From assembly GCA_002104945.1 (NCBI GenBank), contig MCFH01000013.1:310001-374000 (forward strand): 64,000 nucleotides of DNA, read 5' to 3'. Under the pieces are notes generated by a model that saw nothing but the letters and a program-made list of their open reading frames with translations, did not search any database and was not told the origin of the DNA. This stretch comes from Piromyces finnis finn (lineage: Eukaryota > Fungi > Neocallimastigomycota). Positions 13,466 through 26,768 of the stretch are shown here, in pieces. The position numbers and the translations under genes were made by a program. Position 1 is the stretch's first letter. Every line of letters starts with the position of its first letter.

Positions 13466-14439
13466 TTTTTATAAGTAAAAAAAAAAAAAAAAAAGTAATA
13501 ATACACTAATTATCAAGTATATAAATTTTAATAAAATAAAATTAAAAAAAAAATAGAGAAAATGTATATAAAATACATCAAAATAATTAGTTGAGTTTTT
13601 ATTTTTTTTAATTGATTAATTACCTATTATCTATTATAATTAAAAAATTAAGTTTTGAATAATTAAATGGTATATATATAGCAACATTGGAATAGTCATT
13701 ATATATTTAAAGTTTTGATATTATGGATTATATTAACAACATAAAATTATTTATAAATAATAATATCCAATATTATAATTTTATGAGATTTAATTAAAGT
13801 GAAATTAATTAAATACCAGATAAGTTTAATTATAATATTTTTTAACTATCGTATGCATTTTTTTTAGTATCATATTTTATTATTTTATTTAATTATCTTA
13901 TTTATCATTTATTTATTTTATATTTATTTTTATATATTTTTACATATTTTTATTTTCTTTTTTTTTTTTCCAGGTTTGAATGACTTAAATATATATTTAA
14001 TTATTGTTTTCAATTAACGTATTATATTCTAAGCACACTTTCATTTCATTGTCCCGTCCCAATAATTCAATTTTTTAAAGATTATAAAGTTTTTTCTATT
14101 TTTAATAAACTTAAATTAATTCTATTTTAAGCTTAAAATTTATATATTAACAATGATTTAATTAAGACTATAAATGTTAAGTGGAATCAAAAATAGATAT
14201 TATTATATAGATTAAATACTATATAAAGTTATGATACATTTTTAAGATTAAGAATAATAATGGATATGATAAAATTATTAAAATTAATAAATCACTATCT
14301 TTTATTATAATAAATCAATCACAAAAGAAGTACATATTTTTTAATTAACTTTAGTGTAAAATTAATTTAGTATTTTATAGATACATTCACATTAAAATGA
14401 ATAGATCTATTTTAGTTTTTAAAACTTTTATTAAAAATG

Positions 14440-17400
14440 TTAAATAATCGTGGGAATATCATTGTTATAATTATTATTCGAAGCTTTAAGTAATGTTAGG
14501 TCCTTATCTTTTTGAAGGGATGTTGATGAAACAGTCGGATTTACTTTTGAAAAATTTCTTTTAATGATTTCAATATCTTTTAAAAAATTTTGTTTTGTTT
14601 GTTTCAACATATCTTGATATATTTTTATTTCTTCTGTTTTTTCCTTGAGATTTGCGTCAATAATTGCTTTATTTTTTAGAAGTATAATAATTTATAGTAA
14701 ATAATTAGTATAGGTGTGTTTTTTAATATAAATAATAAACTTTGTTACTTACATTTTAACGCATTATTTTCATCTTTTGCAATTATTAATTTTTCTTTTA
14801 TTTTTTCGATCTATTTTATTCGAAAATAATATATATTTAGCTATATATATATATATAATATATATTTATAATAAAAAAGTATATTACATTATCATTGTTA
14901 TTTATAACATAAATATTTTTGTCTTTTTCATTTTTACTTGATTTTGTTAATGAGTTTGCCAATTTTTCTTCTAATTCTTTTATATGTTTGTCAGCAACTG
15001 TCTTTAATTCATTTAATTTTATATTTTCAATATAGATAGCTTTAAATTGAGAAAATATTAAATGACAATGAGGGTTATCACATGTTTTATCTTTTTGTAT
15101 TAAAGAACCATTATCATCTGAAAGTGATATTGATGAAATAATTGTTTTTAATTGATTTGAAAGTGAACTGATTTTATCTTCTTGGAATTTTATTTTTGAT
15201 TTCTATAATAAAATAATGTAATATAATTTTCATCATAATGATAATTAATATATTTATACATAATTTCTATTTTTTTTTCTTTAATTTTATATTACTTGTT
15301 CATTGCATAAGTTTCTTAAAGTTTCAAATGATTTATTGTTTTTTATTAGATTAGCACCTTCTAATTTGTTTTGTGGTGATTTCTAATAATTAATATATAT
15401 TTAACAAATTTAAATAAATTTTTTTTATTTCATTTATTTATTAGTAATACGACCCGTATTATTTTATTAGCAATAAATATCTTTTATTTTTAATTATAAA
15501 TAAACCTATTTTAAATGAATTACTTTTAAATCAGCTAATTGTTGTTTTAACGCTTTAATTAATTTATCATCTGTTTCAGTTTTTGATATTAAAACACTTA
15601 TTTTTGTTTTATAATCTTTCATTGTTTTTTCAAGATTTCTATATAAAAAATAGATAATGGAAATTTAGTATATAATATATAAAAAAAAATTTTTAATTAA
15701 AATTTTTAGTTAACTTGTTTCTTGCTTGAACTGCATCACATTTTAATTTTTGATTATGCTTTTCATTTTTTAATTCCTACATAAAAGTTGAATTGTTATT
15801 ACAAATTTAAGTATTTAACCAAATAATATTTTTTGATATATATACCTCAATTTCCTTTATCGCCTTTTCTAACGTTATTTTTCTATCTATTTCTTTTTTT
15901 TTTATATCAAAACGATGACGACTATCTAATTTTAATTCTTTTGTATTTAATCCCTTTGTTTCGTCAAGCGATACATAATTACTTAATTGCCTTGTTAATT
16001 GATTTACCTTATCCTAGAATAAAGATATAAATTAAATTATTAACATAAATGACTTTATTTAAAGGTATAGTATGATAATTATATTTTCTTTACTTTTAAC
16101 ATTGCAATTTGTTGTGATCTTCCAATATATCCACCATTTGAATCTAAAATCTATACATATTACATATGTATAAAGTAATTAATTATAAAATGATACAAGT
16201 TACAATAAATAAATTAATTATTTTTTTAAAAATATAAAAACCTTAGATATAGGAATATCTTCTCCAACTTCTTGTACTAAAGCTCTTTGAGTATTTCTTA
16301 TTTCAAACGTTAACTTTTGATTATTAATTCTTTCTTGTTCTAATTTAAGTGTCATCTTTTAATGATAGTAATAAAAATGAATTTTTTTTTTTAAATAATT
16401 AATAATAAAAAATTTATTTCCAAAATCAATAAATAAAAAAATATAATAAATATCATATATAGGAGATCATACTTGGTTTAATCTTTCTTTTAAATTTTTT
16501 TTGTCTTGTTTTAGTTCATTCAATTCACTATTTGAATTTTGCTTTTTTAATTCTTTCTTTTTTTTAATTCCTTCCGTCTCCATTTGCTATTTTAATTGTT
16601 ATAAATATAAATTTATTATCTTTTTATTAATAACTATTATAATTGTTATCAAAAATTTACCTTTAATTTATTATTCAATGATGCATTTAAACCTCTTTCT
16701 TTTTCTAATGCGATAGTCAAATTCCTAGCCTAAAAAAAAACGTATATATAAAATTTTAATTACTAATGGCTTTAACAGTAATATGTGACTTTAGTTTATA
16801 ATTAATTTTTATTATTTTTTTTATTATTTTTAATATTAAATACTTTTTTTGCTAATTGCAAAATTTTATCTTTTTCAGTTCCATTCCATTGTGGTGAAAT
16901 AACTTCAGATATTGATTTTTCAATCGATTTTGAAGAAATACTATCTGTTTTTTTTTTTTTTTTTTTTTTTACAGTATTATTATTTTTTTTGAATATATAT
17001 ATCATAATTAATATACTATAATGTTTTTTTAAATAATTTTCAAATTAAAATAAGTATTTATGAATTTATGAATCAATATATTAATAGACCTGATAATTTT
17101 TGTTTTAATTTTTTTATTTCATCGTTTTTTTTTTGAAGATCCTCATTTAATTTTTTAATATTTTCTTCCAGACTTTGATTTTTTTTAAATTGATTTAAAT
17201 TAAATGCATTTAAATTTGAATTTGATGAAGATTTAGTGAGTTTTGTTAAAGATAATGGTGTCATATTATTATTATTATAAGTAAGGGTTGAATTATTATT
17301 TGTAATAGTTTTATTAGGTGTATCTTTATTAAGAGGTGATGATAATATATTAGAATTTATTATATTTTTCTGATGTTTATTTCCAAATTGATTTGTATTG

Positions 17401-18240
17401 ATTAATGAAGAATTGGATAAGGGTAATAATGCTCCAGGATTTTTCTTTTTTTTATTAAAACGCGATAAATCAACTAATATTATTTATTTATAAAATAATA
17501 AGTTAAAAAAAAAAAAAAAAAAAAAAGAAATTGATATTTAGTTTATTTCATTTAATTTTAATAATAATAATACCTTTTTTCCTATTGAATATATTTAATT
17601 AAAAGAAGATGGTAATAATAATAACAATAGTATAATAGAAATACAGTTATAAAAAATTTTATTTTCTAATATTAAAAATTGAATATATCGAAGAGTTACT
17701 TTGGTAAATCATCTAAATGAAGTGAATTCTTATCACTAATTGATTGCATTTCTTTAAGTGGCATATTAAGTAAAAAATTCTATATATATTTTAATAAATT
17801 GTTAAAAAAAAAACAAACAATTCATATATTAACATTTATAAATATGTAATTATTTAAAATTTATTATAAAAGAATAAAATAACTAGTTATACTTGTTGAG
17901 AAGTTGCTCCAAATAAGGATTCTTCGATTTCATTATCCAACTATAAATAAATAATTAAATAAATAAATAAATATGTAAATATGTGATTAAAAAATAAGAC
18001 ATTATATATTAACAAAAGTTATATCTTTTTTTTTTAAATAATTTAAGGATTAACATCAATTTAAATAATACATACATCTAAACCCATATCTTGATAATTA
18101 TTTATATCATACATTTTATTTATGTTATCTAAATCATCTTCATTATCATCATCACTATCATAACTACTTTGTGATGAAAAGGAGAGTCTTTTCATTTTGC
18201 TGTTTTCTTTATCATTTTCATCATTATCTAGCGAAATCAT
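14440..18240 (-). CDS. CCDC13: Coiled-coil protein, CCDC13-like (centriolar satellite/ciliogenesis); many short exons
   Basis: Not visible in the ORF track because the exons are short. Spliced segments KILQLAKK|ARNLTIALEKER, RALVQEVGEDIPISK|ILDSNGGYIGRSQQIAMLK and the C-terminal KEKTEEIKIYQDMLKQTKQNFLKDI match my recollection of the conserved CCDC13 blocks (EVGED...W/YRGRAQQI; KEEDFRMYHEILGQVKSVFL). ATG at 18240, TAA at 14442-14440. Confidence 0.72.
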
Positions 18241-18891
18241 TTTATAACCTTTTTCTTTTTTTCTCTATTATTTATTTATATGTATTTTTTTATAATAGTT
18301 TGTTTTAATAAAATCTTTACAAATTTATGAGTTTTCAATATTTAATAAATATTTTTTGTTTAAATTAAATTTAAAGTTTTAAGTATATAAAATTAAAAAT
18401 CCACAAAAAATAAATAAATTGTAATATAAGTAAATAAATAAATAAATAAAGGTTAATAATTATTTTTAATAATATTATGTACTTGTGTAACAAGTTATAA
18501 TTATAATATTACATTACGTATACAATCTTTTTTTTTTTTTTTTTTTTTTAATATTTAACATTTCAAAAGATAAAAATATAAAAAAAAAAGAATATTTTAA
18601 AGCCAGTAAATACTTTGAGACTTTTATCCCATTAATTAAAATTTTGATTATTAATTGTGCTGGTCTGTATTACTATTTATTTATCAATAATGCTTTTATA
18701 TAAACCTTTAGAATAACATATATAACATATATAATGATTTTAGTTAAAAGTTTCACAGCACCTTGTATATGTTCAATTTAATTTAACATTTTCAAAGTTC
18801 TTTCATTTCTTTGAATTGTTATTGTTAAAACTTCCCTCAAAAAGAAATTTAAAATGTTTTTTTTTTTTCAAATTAGAATTATTATTATTAA

Positions 18892-20180
18892 TTTTTTTTT
18901 AGACTAGGAAGAGAATATATTTCTTGTATTTATTTATTTAATTAGAGATATTACGTTATTTTAGAGCGATTACATCGTACCGATATGACAAAGGAACATT
19001 TTTAATGTTCCGTACACAGGGTTCAATGTTAGTATTTCTTCAAATGAAAACATTATGAATTCATTAGAGAGTTTAGTGAACACTACACTATCATCTATCA
19101 TACCTAATGTTGCTTCTCTTTTTTATTTCATTTAATTTATTAGGTAGGGACCAATCCCACACAGTACGAATTGCAGAGTTCATTGAACTTTTATGCAACT
19201 TTAATAATTATTTTATTTTATTATATATATATATATATTATTATTATTTTTATTATTATTATTTTTATTTATTATTTATTATTTATTATATCAATATGTA
19301 TTATCACTTGATTAAGTTTGGTGTCTTACTAAACCTATCAAAAAGTAGTCTCATAGAGCTACTAATGTTAGGGATTGTTTTAGTAAGAAGATCCGCGAGA
19401 CCCTCTACATATGGAACACGAGACTCCGATGAACTGTAAAGCTGTTCATTCAAATGTCTTTGCTTTGCCTTATCGATTTGTAGCTCATCCTAAGCTAAAG
19501 TTCCACCAAGAAGGAACGTAAAAATATAGTTATAAATTGTTTTTCTTACTTCCATTGGTATAAGTGATGAATTGATTTTTGTATTATGTGAAGAAGGGTA
19601 AAAAGATCATCAAGAAAGTTAAGTGAAGAAGTTCTGTATTCAGAGAATGCAGGACATTCTAAAATCCAATGATAAAAAGATTGTTCATCATATCCGCAAC
19701 ATGGATAGACACGAGGGCAGTCAGGAATAACTCTATTACTGATATTTTTTTTTTCTTTTAACCGTCTATTACCGGTAACAGCAATCTTGGTAGTGTTTTC
19801 ATAACCGCATCGAATATGAATAATCCAATTCATTCATAAATTTTAGTGAGATTTATTGAGACCGATATGCATTAGGCGATTTGAATTAAGGAATTTGTTG
19901 TTAGTATATCTGAGGGCTTTACTTCTGTTATTTAGGCTACTATTATTCCAATAATGTTCTCTAATATCTTTAGTACTTTTAATATTTATTTTCATAAGTT
20001 TCTTATGTAGTGAACAAGATTCCTTGGCCAAGAGTAATGAGACATGGGAGGAATAGATTGGACGATGGATCCAAGTAATGGTTGTTAGATAAAATAGGAA
20101 TCAGAGAAAGATCTTCGTCGAATGGGATTCCAAGATAGGTATAACAAGAAACCTTTGAAATTGAGTACATAAAGATGTAA
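18892..20180 (-). mobile_element. 5'-truncated, decayed non-LTR (LINE-type) retrotransposon: RT thumb, C-terminal CCHC region and probable 3' UTR
   Basis: GC-richer island. Fragmented frames encode KVSCYTYLGIPF (RT thumb YLG motif), a degenerate zinc knuckle YPCCGYDEQSFYHWILECP and FLLGG...ADLLTK. Multiple frameshifts/stops, no introns, and an A9 run at the putative 3' end (plus-strand T run 18892-18900). Boundaries are approximate. Confidence 0.75.
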
Positions 20181-20773
20181 AAAGAATAATTATTATACCT
20201 ATTTATATTCAATCGATTACTGTAATACCAACTAAATAACAATATAAACAAAAATAATTTTTCAAACTAAAAAAATTAGAATGATCTTCTTCCCCCTTTT
20301 ACAAGAAAAATACTTTTATTTCTAATATTTTTATAATTATTAATAAGACTTATTTTACTAATTTATAGAGATTTAATAAAAATATAATATTAATACACTC
20401 TTTTAAACACACACACACAAAAAAAAAGTTTATGCTTTTATTGTATTTATTGTATTTATTTTATTTGTTTCTTTATTTAAATGTTATTTTTAACTATTTT
20501 TTTTTTTTTAATTTTATATTTCTTTTTTATTTTTGTTGTTGTTATTTTTGTTGTTGTTATTGTATGTTTTTTATTTTATTATTTTTTTACTTGTTTGTTT
20601 CCTTTTTTTTTTTTTTTATTTTTTTTTAAAGGCGTTTTTTAATTTTTATTTTTTACTTTTTAGTTTTTCAAGAATTTTGATCCCTTTTTTTTTTTTTTTT
20701 TTTTTTTTTTGATTTATACTATTAGATTATGAATTCTACTTTGAATGCAATTTTGAATTAATATTTATATCAT

Positions 20774-23162
20774 TTATAAATAGTAAGATGGTCTTTCACC
20801 AACACCTCCGAACTTGTCAAAGACAACACCAGAGATAGTGTAGTTAAGCTTAAGAGCGTTTTCAGTAGTATCAGCTTCAGCGTAAACACGAACAATATCT
20901 TCAGTACCAGATGGTCTGACGAAGCAACGACCGTGTGGGTACTTCTTAACTTCTTCATTGATAATTTCTTGAAGTTCCTTTGGTTCAGCTAATTCAGTAT
21001 CGGCCTTAATGCACTTGAATTGGTGTCTGTTAGCAACCTTAACCTTTTCTTGCTTGCTTGGAAGATCGGTGTATTGAGAATTCCATTGTTCTAAAGTCCA
21101 ACCACAAACGGTTAAGATGGCTTCAACTAAAAGCATATCAGAAATAGCATCACCAACAGCTTGGTTAATAAGTTCAGTTAAACCTTGTAAACTCTTAATA
21201 GCATTTTCTTGTTCTGGGGTACTACCCTTACTGTTCTTGAAGGCCTTAATGGCGGCATCACTGAAAAGAACAGTACCGTGACCGTTAGCTTCGAAGTAAA
21301 CACCGACATCGTACTTTTGGGCTTCGTGGTGAAGATGCTTAACACCAGTTTGAGTGAATGGAACTGGAACATTAAGCTTGTTGCGGAGGTAGTCAGTGGA
21401 ACTACCATTAGCGTAAGCAGTTTGGACAACACCAATCTTAAGTGGACTCTTGGAACCATCTTCTCTTGGAATTTCAATGTTAGCAGTCTTAGCCATATCC
21501 ATGATGTATCCAGCAGCTAAAGAAGCGATCTTGTCACCATCTAAGAGTCTGAATACATTGTCTACATGAAAAATATAATGATTTATATATTAGATATTAT
21601 ATGATTTTATCACTGTTATTAAATAGATATTTATATTTACAAATATTATTTTTCTATAATTTAAGATTATTACCATTGTCAACGTAGTAGTAGACAATAC
21701 GATCAGCATCACCATCAAGAGAACAAGCACGGTAACCTGGCTTTAATTCCATACCTTCTGGTTGAGATTGGTTTAACTTAACATAGTCAGCACCACAGTT
21801 GTAGTTAAGCTTACCCTTAGTGGTAATTTGGTCATTTTCAACCTTAATATCAATGTCATCACCCATGATCTTAATTAATTCCTTTAACTTTGGAGCACCA
21901 ACACCATTAGCACAATCAACGTGAAGTTGAGATAACTTTGGCTTACCAGCCTATTATAAATATATTGTATAATAAAATATAATTATTTTTAATTATAACA
22001 TCCTTAATTTTAATTATTTAATGATAAAATATACGTACAATGAACTTCTTGAAGGCACTGTATAACTTGTTGTAGTAACCGTCGGTAGTTGGTTCACCGT
22101 AGGCATCTGGAGTACCCTTAGTGTTAATACATCTAACCATGTAGTGAAGTTGTGGAGTGGTTAACATATCATAGTTCTTGATATCAGCCTTCATAACATT
22201 AAGACCATCAAGTAAAGCCTTAACTAAAAGATCACCACTTGGTCTATATTATCAAAAAATTTTCATTAATATAAATATTGCTTTTTTTTTTAAAAAAAAA
22301 CATTTTTAACAATTTTATAATTTATTATAAATATACCTAGTATCTCTAGCAATGACAACACTTGAGTCAACATCCATTGGAATGTTTTCTTCACTAATAA
22401 CCTTCTTTAAAGTTTCAATTATAGCATCTTCAGTTTCAGCATTAGCTAATTCAGTACAGTAACCTTCCCAAGATTGCTTTAACATTTCACCTAATGGTTC
22501 AACTAACTTGACACCATTATCCTATCGTTTTTAAACAATTTTTTTATTAATAAACCACTCACATCATATAAAATATTAAAATATTTGAGTATTTTAATAA
22601 AATATATTTAAAATTACAATTTCTGGGTTGTGGGAAGCAGTAATCATAACACCAATAGTCTTACCAAGACACTTGGAACGAAGGACAGCTAAAAGACCAA
22701 TACGGAACATAACAGATGGAAGTAAGTCACCCCTATATATTAATAGTTTTTAATAAAACAAAATAAATTATTAATACATTATTTTTTTTGTTTATATTAA
22801 CTCATAAAAGGTTTAATTAATGATTCATCCATTTCCCATATAATTAAATGTATAATAATATAATTACTGCAATTATTCATTCATATATATATATTTCCTT
22901 TCTTTTTTAATATTTTAATAAATAAATAATAAATATATATTATATTATATTTTTATTTCAACAAAAGTTGTGCATAATATTATTTATCTATAAATATTAT
23001 TTATTAAAATATAAAAATTCAAATAAAAAACTTTTTTTTTTTGTCTTTAGATATGTACTTAGTACGGAAACCGGCGGTACCGTAAGTGTAGGTAACAGCT
23101 GGCTTTGGATAAGCCTTAGCAGCAGTCTTAATAGCTTCAGCAGTAATTCCTCCAAAAGACAT
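20774..23162 (-). CDS. PGM3: Phosphoacetylglucosamine mutase (PGM3/Agm1/Pcm1), UDP-GlcNAc/chitin precursor pathway; multi-exon
   Basis: YGTAGFRT, active-site [53 protein letters not shown] and [20 protein letters not shown] at 23162. Confidence 0.97.
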
Positions 23163-23833
23163 CTTGAATTCTAATGAAAATGTAAGAATAAAAAAAGTCA
23201 ATATTTTATGTTTTCATTTCAAATAACTTTTTTTTTTTAATTATTTATTTTAATAACAATATAATAAATATTGTACTTTTTATTTATTTAATAATGCTTT
23301 TATTATTTAATAAATAAATAAAACAATAATTATTTTCAATCACTTACTTCAAAATTTATAGTAAAATTTAACTAATAAAAAAAAGAGTAAAGAAAAAAAA
23401 AAAAAATTTTTTTAAAAGCTCTTTTTTATATGGAATATAATCAATTTTTTTGATATAAAATTTTTATTATTTATTATAATATTTTTTTTATTAATATATT
23501 AATATATTAAATATAATATATTATTAATAACTTAAAAAAGCTTTATTATACTAAAATAATAAAAGCCTAATTTATATAATATATTAGATTATTTTTAATA
23601 TCTACCACGACTTTTACAATAAACAACAAAAATAAAAAAAAAAGTGTAGAAAGTATGGAATATGGAATAATAATAAGTTTTATAATACATTATTCATTCA
23701 TGATAATGAGTTATTTATTTGTATATATATATATATATATATATTCATAAAAAAATAAAAAAATACTCTATATTATTATAAATTTATTTATTATAAAAAA
23801 TTAAAAATTGAAAAGTAATAGTCCATACAAATT

Positions 23834-24057
<224 letters not shown>

Positions 24058-24380
24058 TTTATTGACATAAACATATAACAATAATAAATGGTAAACAATT
24101 GTTAATTATATAATAGACTTATTAAGCTTTTTATATTTCTTTTTTTATATTTTAATTTATTAATATATTAAAAATACAAATTAGGTTTAATGTATCTCGG
24201 TAATTACATTTTGAATGTATGCTGATTATGTATGTAAAATTTGTAATAAAATAAAATTGAAATTTGAAAATCTTTGAAATATTAAAAAAAAAAAAAAGAT
24301 TTATAGCTTTAAATAGTAATTAAAATGATAAAAATGTTATATAATACAATAAATTTAATAGTTAAAAATGAAGTTATCGT

Positions 24381-26768
24381 TTAATCCGACTCGGCGGTGA
24401 AAAGACTAGAACCTTTTTGGAAGTTAACAAAATTATATGGGGCATTTTCTAATCCACCTGTCTCACCTATTCTTAAAGAATTTTTACTAGGCTTTTTACT
24501 GAAACCAAATTTATCATCATTAAAAGTTTTATTTTTTCCTTTTTTCATTCTGTTTTTCTTATTTTTATTAGAAAACATCTTTGAGGATGATCGACTATTA
24601 TACAATATATCCCTTTCATATTCATCATCATCATCATCATTTCGTAAGCCCAATCCTTTAGACGAACTACTATAGTCATAACCTTGATCGAAGACAGATG
24701 CACCCAGACCACTTTGATCACGAACTACTACTTCAATTGGATTAACTATACCTTGATTATTATTAGTACCAAGTGATTCTCCAGGTGTCCAACCCATACT
24801 TTGTAGTAACTTGAAACCTTTATTTTGGTTTGAAATAGGATTGGCATTTTCACCAACCTTTGATCCAAGCTGAGGCTTATTTACAGATGATTTTCCTCTA
24901 TTATTTGTATTATGATATTTACCACGTCTCTTAGCCATATCCAAATTACGTTTTCTAACATCCATATTTGAATGACGTTGAGCTTCGGTTTTACTAAAAA
25001 CAGTTTCAACTATAGTATTCCAATTGTCTGGAATTCTACTTCTGGAAGTACGAATAAGATTTGTAATCTTTCTTTTTCCGGAGCCTCTAGTTTTAATTTT
25101 CACACCATATTCAATTGCAATCATACCCACGCTTTTTCTTAATTCCGATGGAAGATTTCCTAAAGGAATACTTTCAAATCCATTATTAACAAATTCTTTT
25201 ATCGTTGAATTAATATGTTTTAAATATTTAAATATTTCTGGTGAAGTATTAAGTTTATTTCCTTTTTTTGATTTAAGAACTTTTTGAACTCTTTTATTTT
25301 CCTTTTTAAGATTTTCTTTCTTTTGTAATAAATATTCCTTTTTTTGAGCTAATTCTTTCTTTTGGAGTTTCTTTTTTTGTAAACGAAGAAGTTTATCCTT
25401 ATCACTATTTAAAACTGCTTTAAATTTCGAATTTTTTATTTTTTCTATAATTTCATTATCATTCATATCCCATACGGAGTCGCCTCCCTCGAAATTATCA
25501 TATAAAAATTCGTCATCACTCATTAATAATTTTTCACTTTTATTTTTTGGTTTAAATATGCTTTCATTCAAGTCCATATCATCATCCTCATTTTCCAAAG
25601 TTTCGGCTTCGGTTTCATCAGTCGCATCACTAATACTTATTGAGTTATCATAATCACTATCATTTATTTCAATAACTTCATTATTGTCTATTATGTCACT
25701 TGTATTATCAATTTCATTTATATTATGATTTTCCAATAAACTAATAATATCATTATTATTTTCATTATTATTAACTTCAATTATTTCAACATCATTTTCA
25801 TTTTCACTTGAATTTGCTTCCTGAATGATAACTGAAGGGGAACTTGGTATACTTTGTATGGAATAAATTTCCTGGTTATTTTCCATTATATCAGGCTCAT
25901 TATCTAAATCAATTATGGCATCTTCCAAATTAATTATTGGTACATTTTTTTCATCGTCAATTTCAATAACCATTTCTGATTTTTCTGAATTAGAATTGGT
26001 TTTATTTTTGGAATTATTTTTTTTGGACTTTTTGTTTCTTTTTTTATTATTCTTTTTATTCTTTGTATTACCTTTTTTTGAAGTTACAGGATGTTTGGAA
26101 TTGTCGTCAATTTTTATATATTCTACATCTGATTCATCTGACTCACTGGAAGAACTACTTGTACTTCCTGATGATAATTTATTTTCTAATAATTTGATTA
26201 AATCCATTTCCATTTCCACTGGCTCATTTTCAACACCAACATCGGATTTTATTATATTTTTAGCAAATGCAGAATTCAAAAAGCTTATGTCTTCTTCGGT
26301 TTTATTTTCATCATTATTTTCAATTTCTTTTTCACCAATTGAAATAATGCTTTCATCATTATCATCTTTACAATTTTCTAAGTAATCTTTTACGATTTCA
26401 TCATCCATATAATCATCAATTTGGGTTAAGTTTAAAATATCAAAAGCATTACTACTAATTATATTATTATCTAAATCGTCATCACTATCAATATTTTCTG
26501 TATCAATATATACATCATCATCGATAATAATAGGTCTATTAGGTGTTGGATTTAAAGGAGTTGGTTGAGAATTATTCTTTTTTGCTTTTTTCTTTTTATT
26601 TTTTTTATTCTTTTTTTTATTACTTGTATCATTTATATCAATATAATCTTGTTCATTATAATTATACTTTTCTGTTACCTTTTTTTGAGAAATATCATTT
26701 TCAATTACAGTATTTAAATTTTGTAAAGATGAATCTCCATTGACATCGAAAAAAAATAAATCATCCAT
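24381..26768 (-). CDS. SQS1: R3H and G-patch domain protein (Sqs1/Pfa1-like, Prp43 helicase cofactor); single exon
   Basis: Acidic/Lys-rich N-terminus, R3H-like LPSELRKSVGMIAIEYGVKIKTRGSGKRK, and G-patch NKGFKLLQSMGWTPGESLGTNNNQGIVNPIEVVVRDQSGLG. First true ATG at 26768 (the ORF track starts at an upstream near-cognate codon). Confidence 0.8.
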   Translation of the reverse strand: MDDLFFFDVNGDSSLQNLNTVIENDISQKKVTEKYNYNEQDYIDINDTSNKKKNKKNKKKKAKKNNSQPTPLNPTPNRPIIIDDDVYIDTENIDSDDDLDNNIISSNAFDILNLTQIDDYMDDEIVKDYLENCKDDNDESIISIGEKEIENNDENKTEEDISFLNSAFAKNIIKSDVGVENEPVEMEMDLIKLLENKLSSGSTSSSSSESDESDVEYIKIDDNSKHPVTSKKGNTKNKKNNKKRNKKSKKNNSKNKTNSNSEKSEMVIEIDDEKNVPIINLEDAIIDLDNEPDIMENNQEIYSIQSIPSSPSVIIQEANSSENENDVEIIEVNNNENNNDIISLLENHNINEIDNTSDIIDNNEVIEINDSDYDNSISISDATDETEAETLENEDDDMDLNESIFKPKNKSEKLLMSDDEFLYDNFEGGDSVWDMNDNEIIEKIKNSKFKAVLNSDKDKLLRLQKKKLQKKELAQKKEYLLQKKENLKKENKRVQKVLKSKKGNKLNTSPEIFKYLKHINSTIKEFVNNGFESIPLGNLPSELRKSVGMIAIEYGVKIKTRGSGKRKITNLIRTSRSRIPDNWNTIVETVFSKTEAQRHSNMDVRKRNLDMAKRRGKYHNTNNRGKSSVNKPQLGSKVGENANPISNQNKGFKLLQSMGWTPGESLGTNNNQGIVNPIEVVVRDQSGLGASVFDQGYDYSSSSKGLGLRNDDDDDEYERDILYNSRSSSKMFSNKNKKNRMKKGKNKTFNDDKFGFSKKPSKNSLRIGETGGLENAPYNFVNFQKGSSLFTAESD

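Noticed and set aside
18600-18860. Short coding-like stretch (LREVLTITIQRNERTLKMLN*IEHIQGAVKLL) on the minus strand
   Set aside because: It is interrupted by stops, has no recognisable motif and cannot be linked to the adjacent LINE or to CCDC13.
21178-21520. Alternative-frame and antisense ORFs over PGM3 (similar ones overlap XPB, SQS1, REG1, FBXO31-like, FHA and START genes)
   Set aside because: They are shadow ORFs caused by the codon structure of the real gene, with no recognisable motifs.
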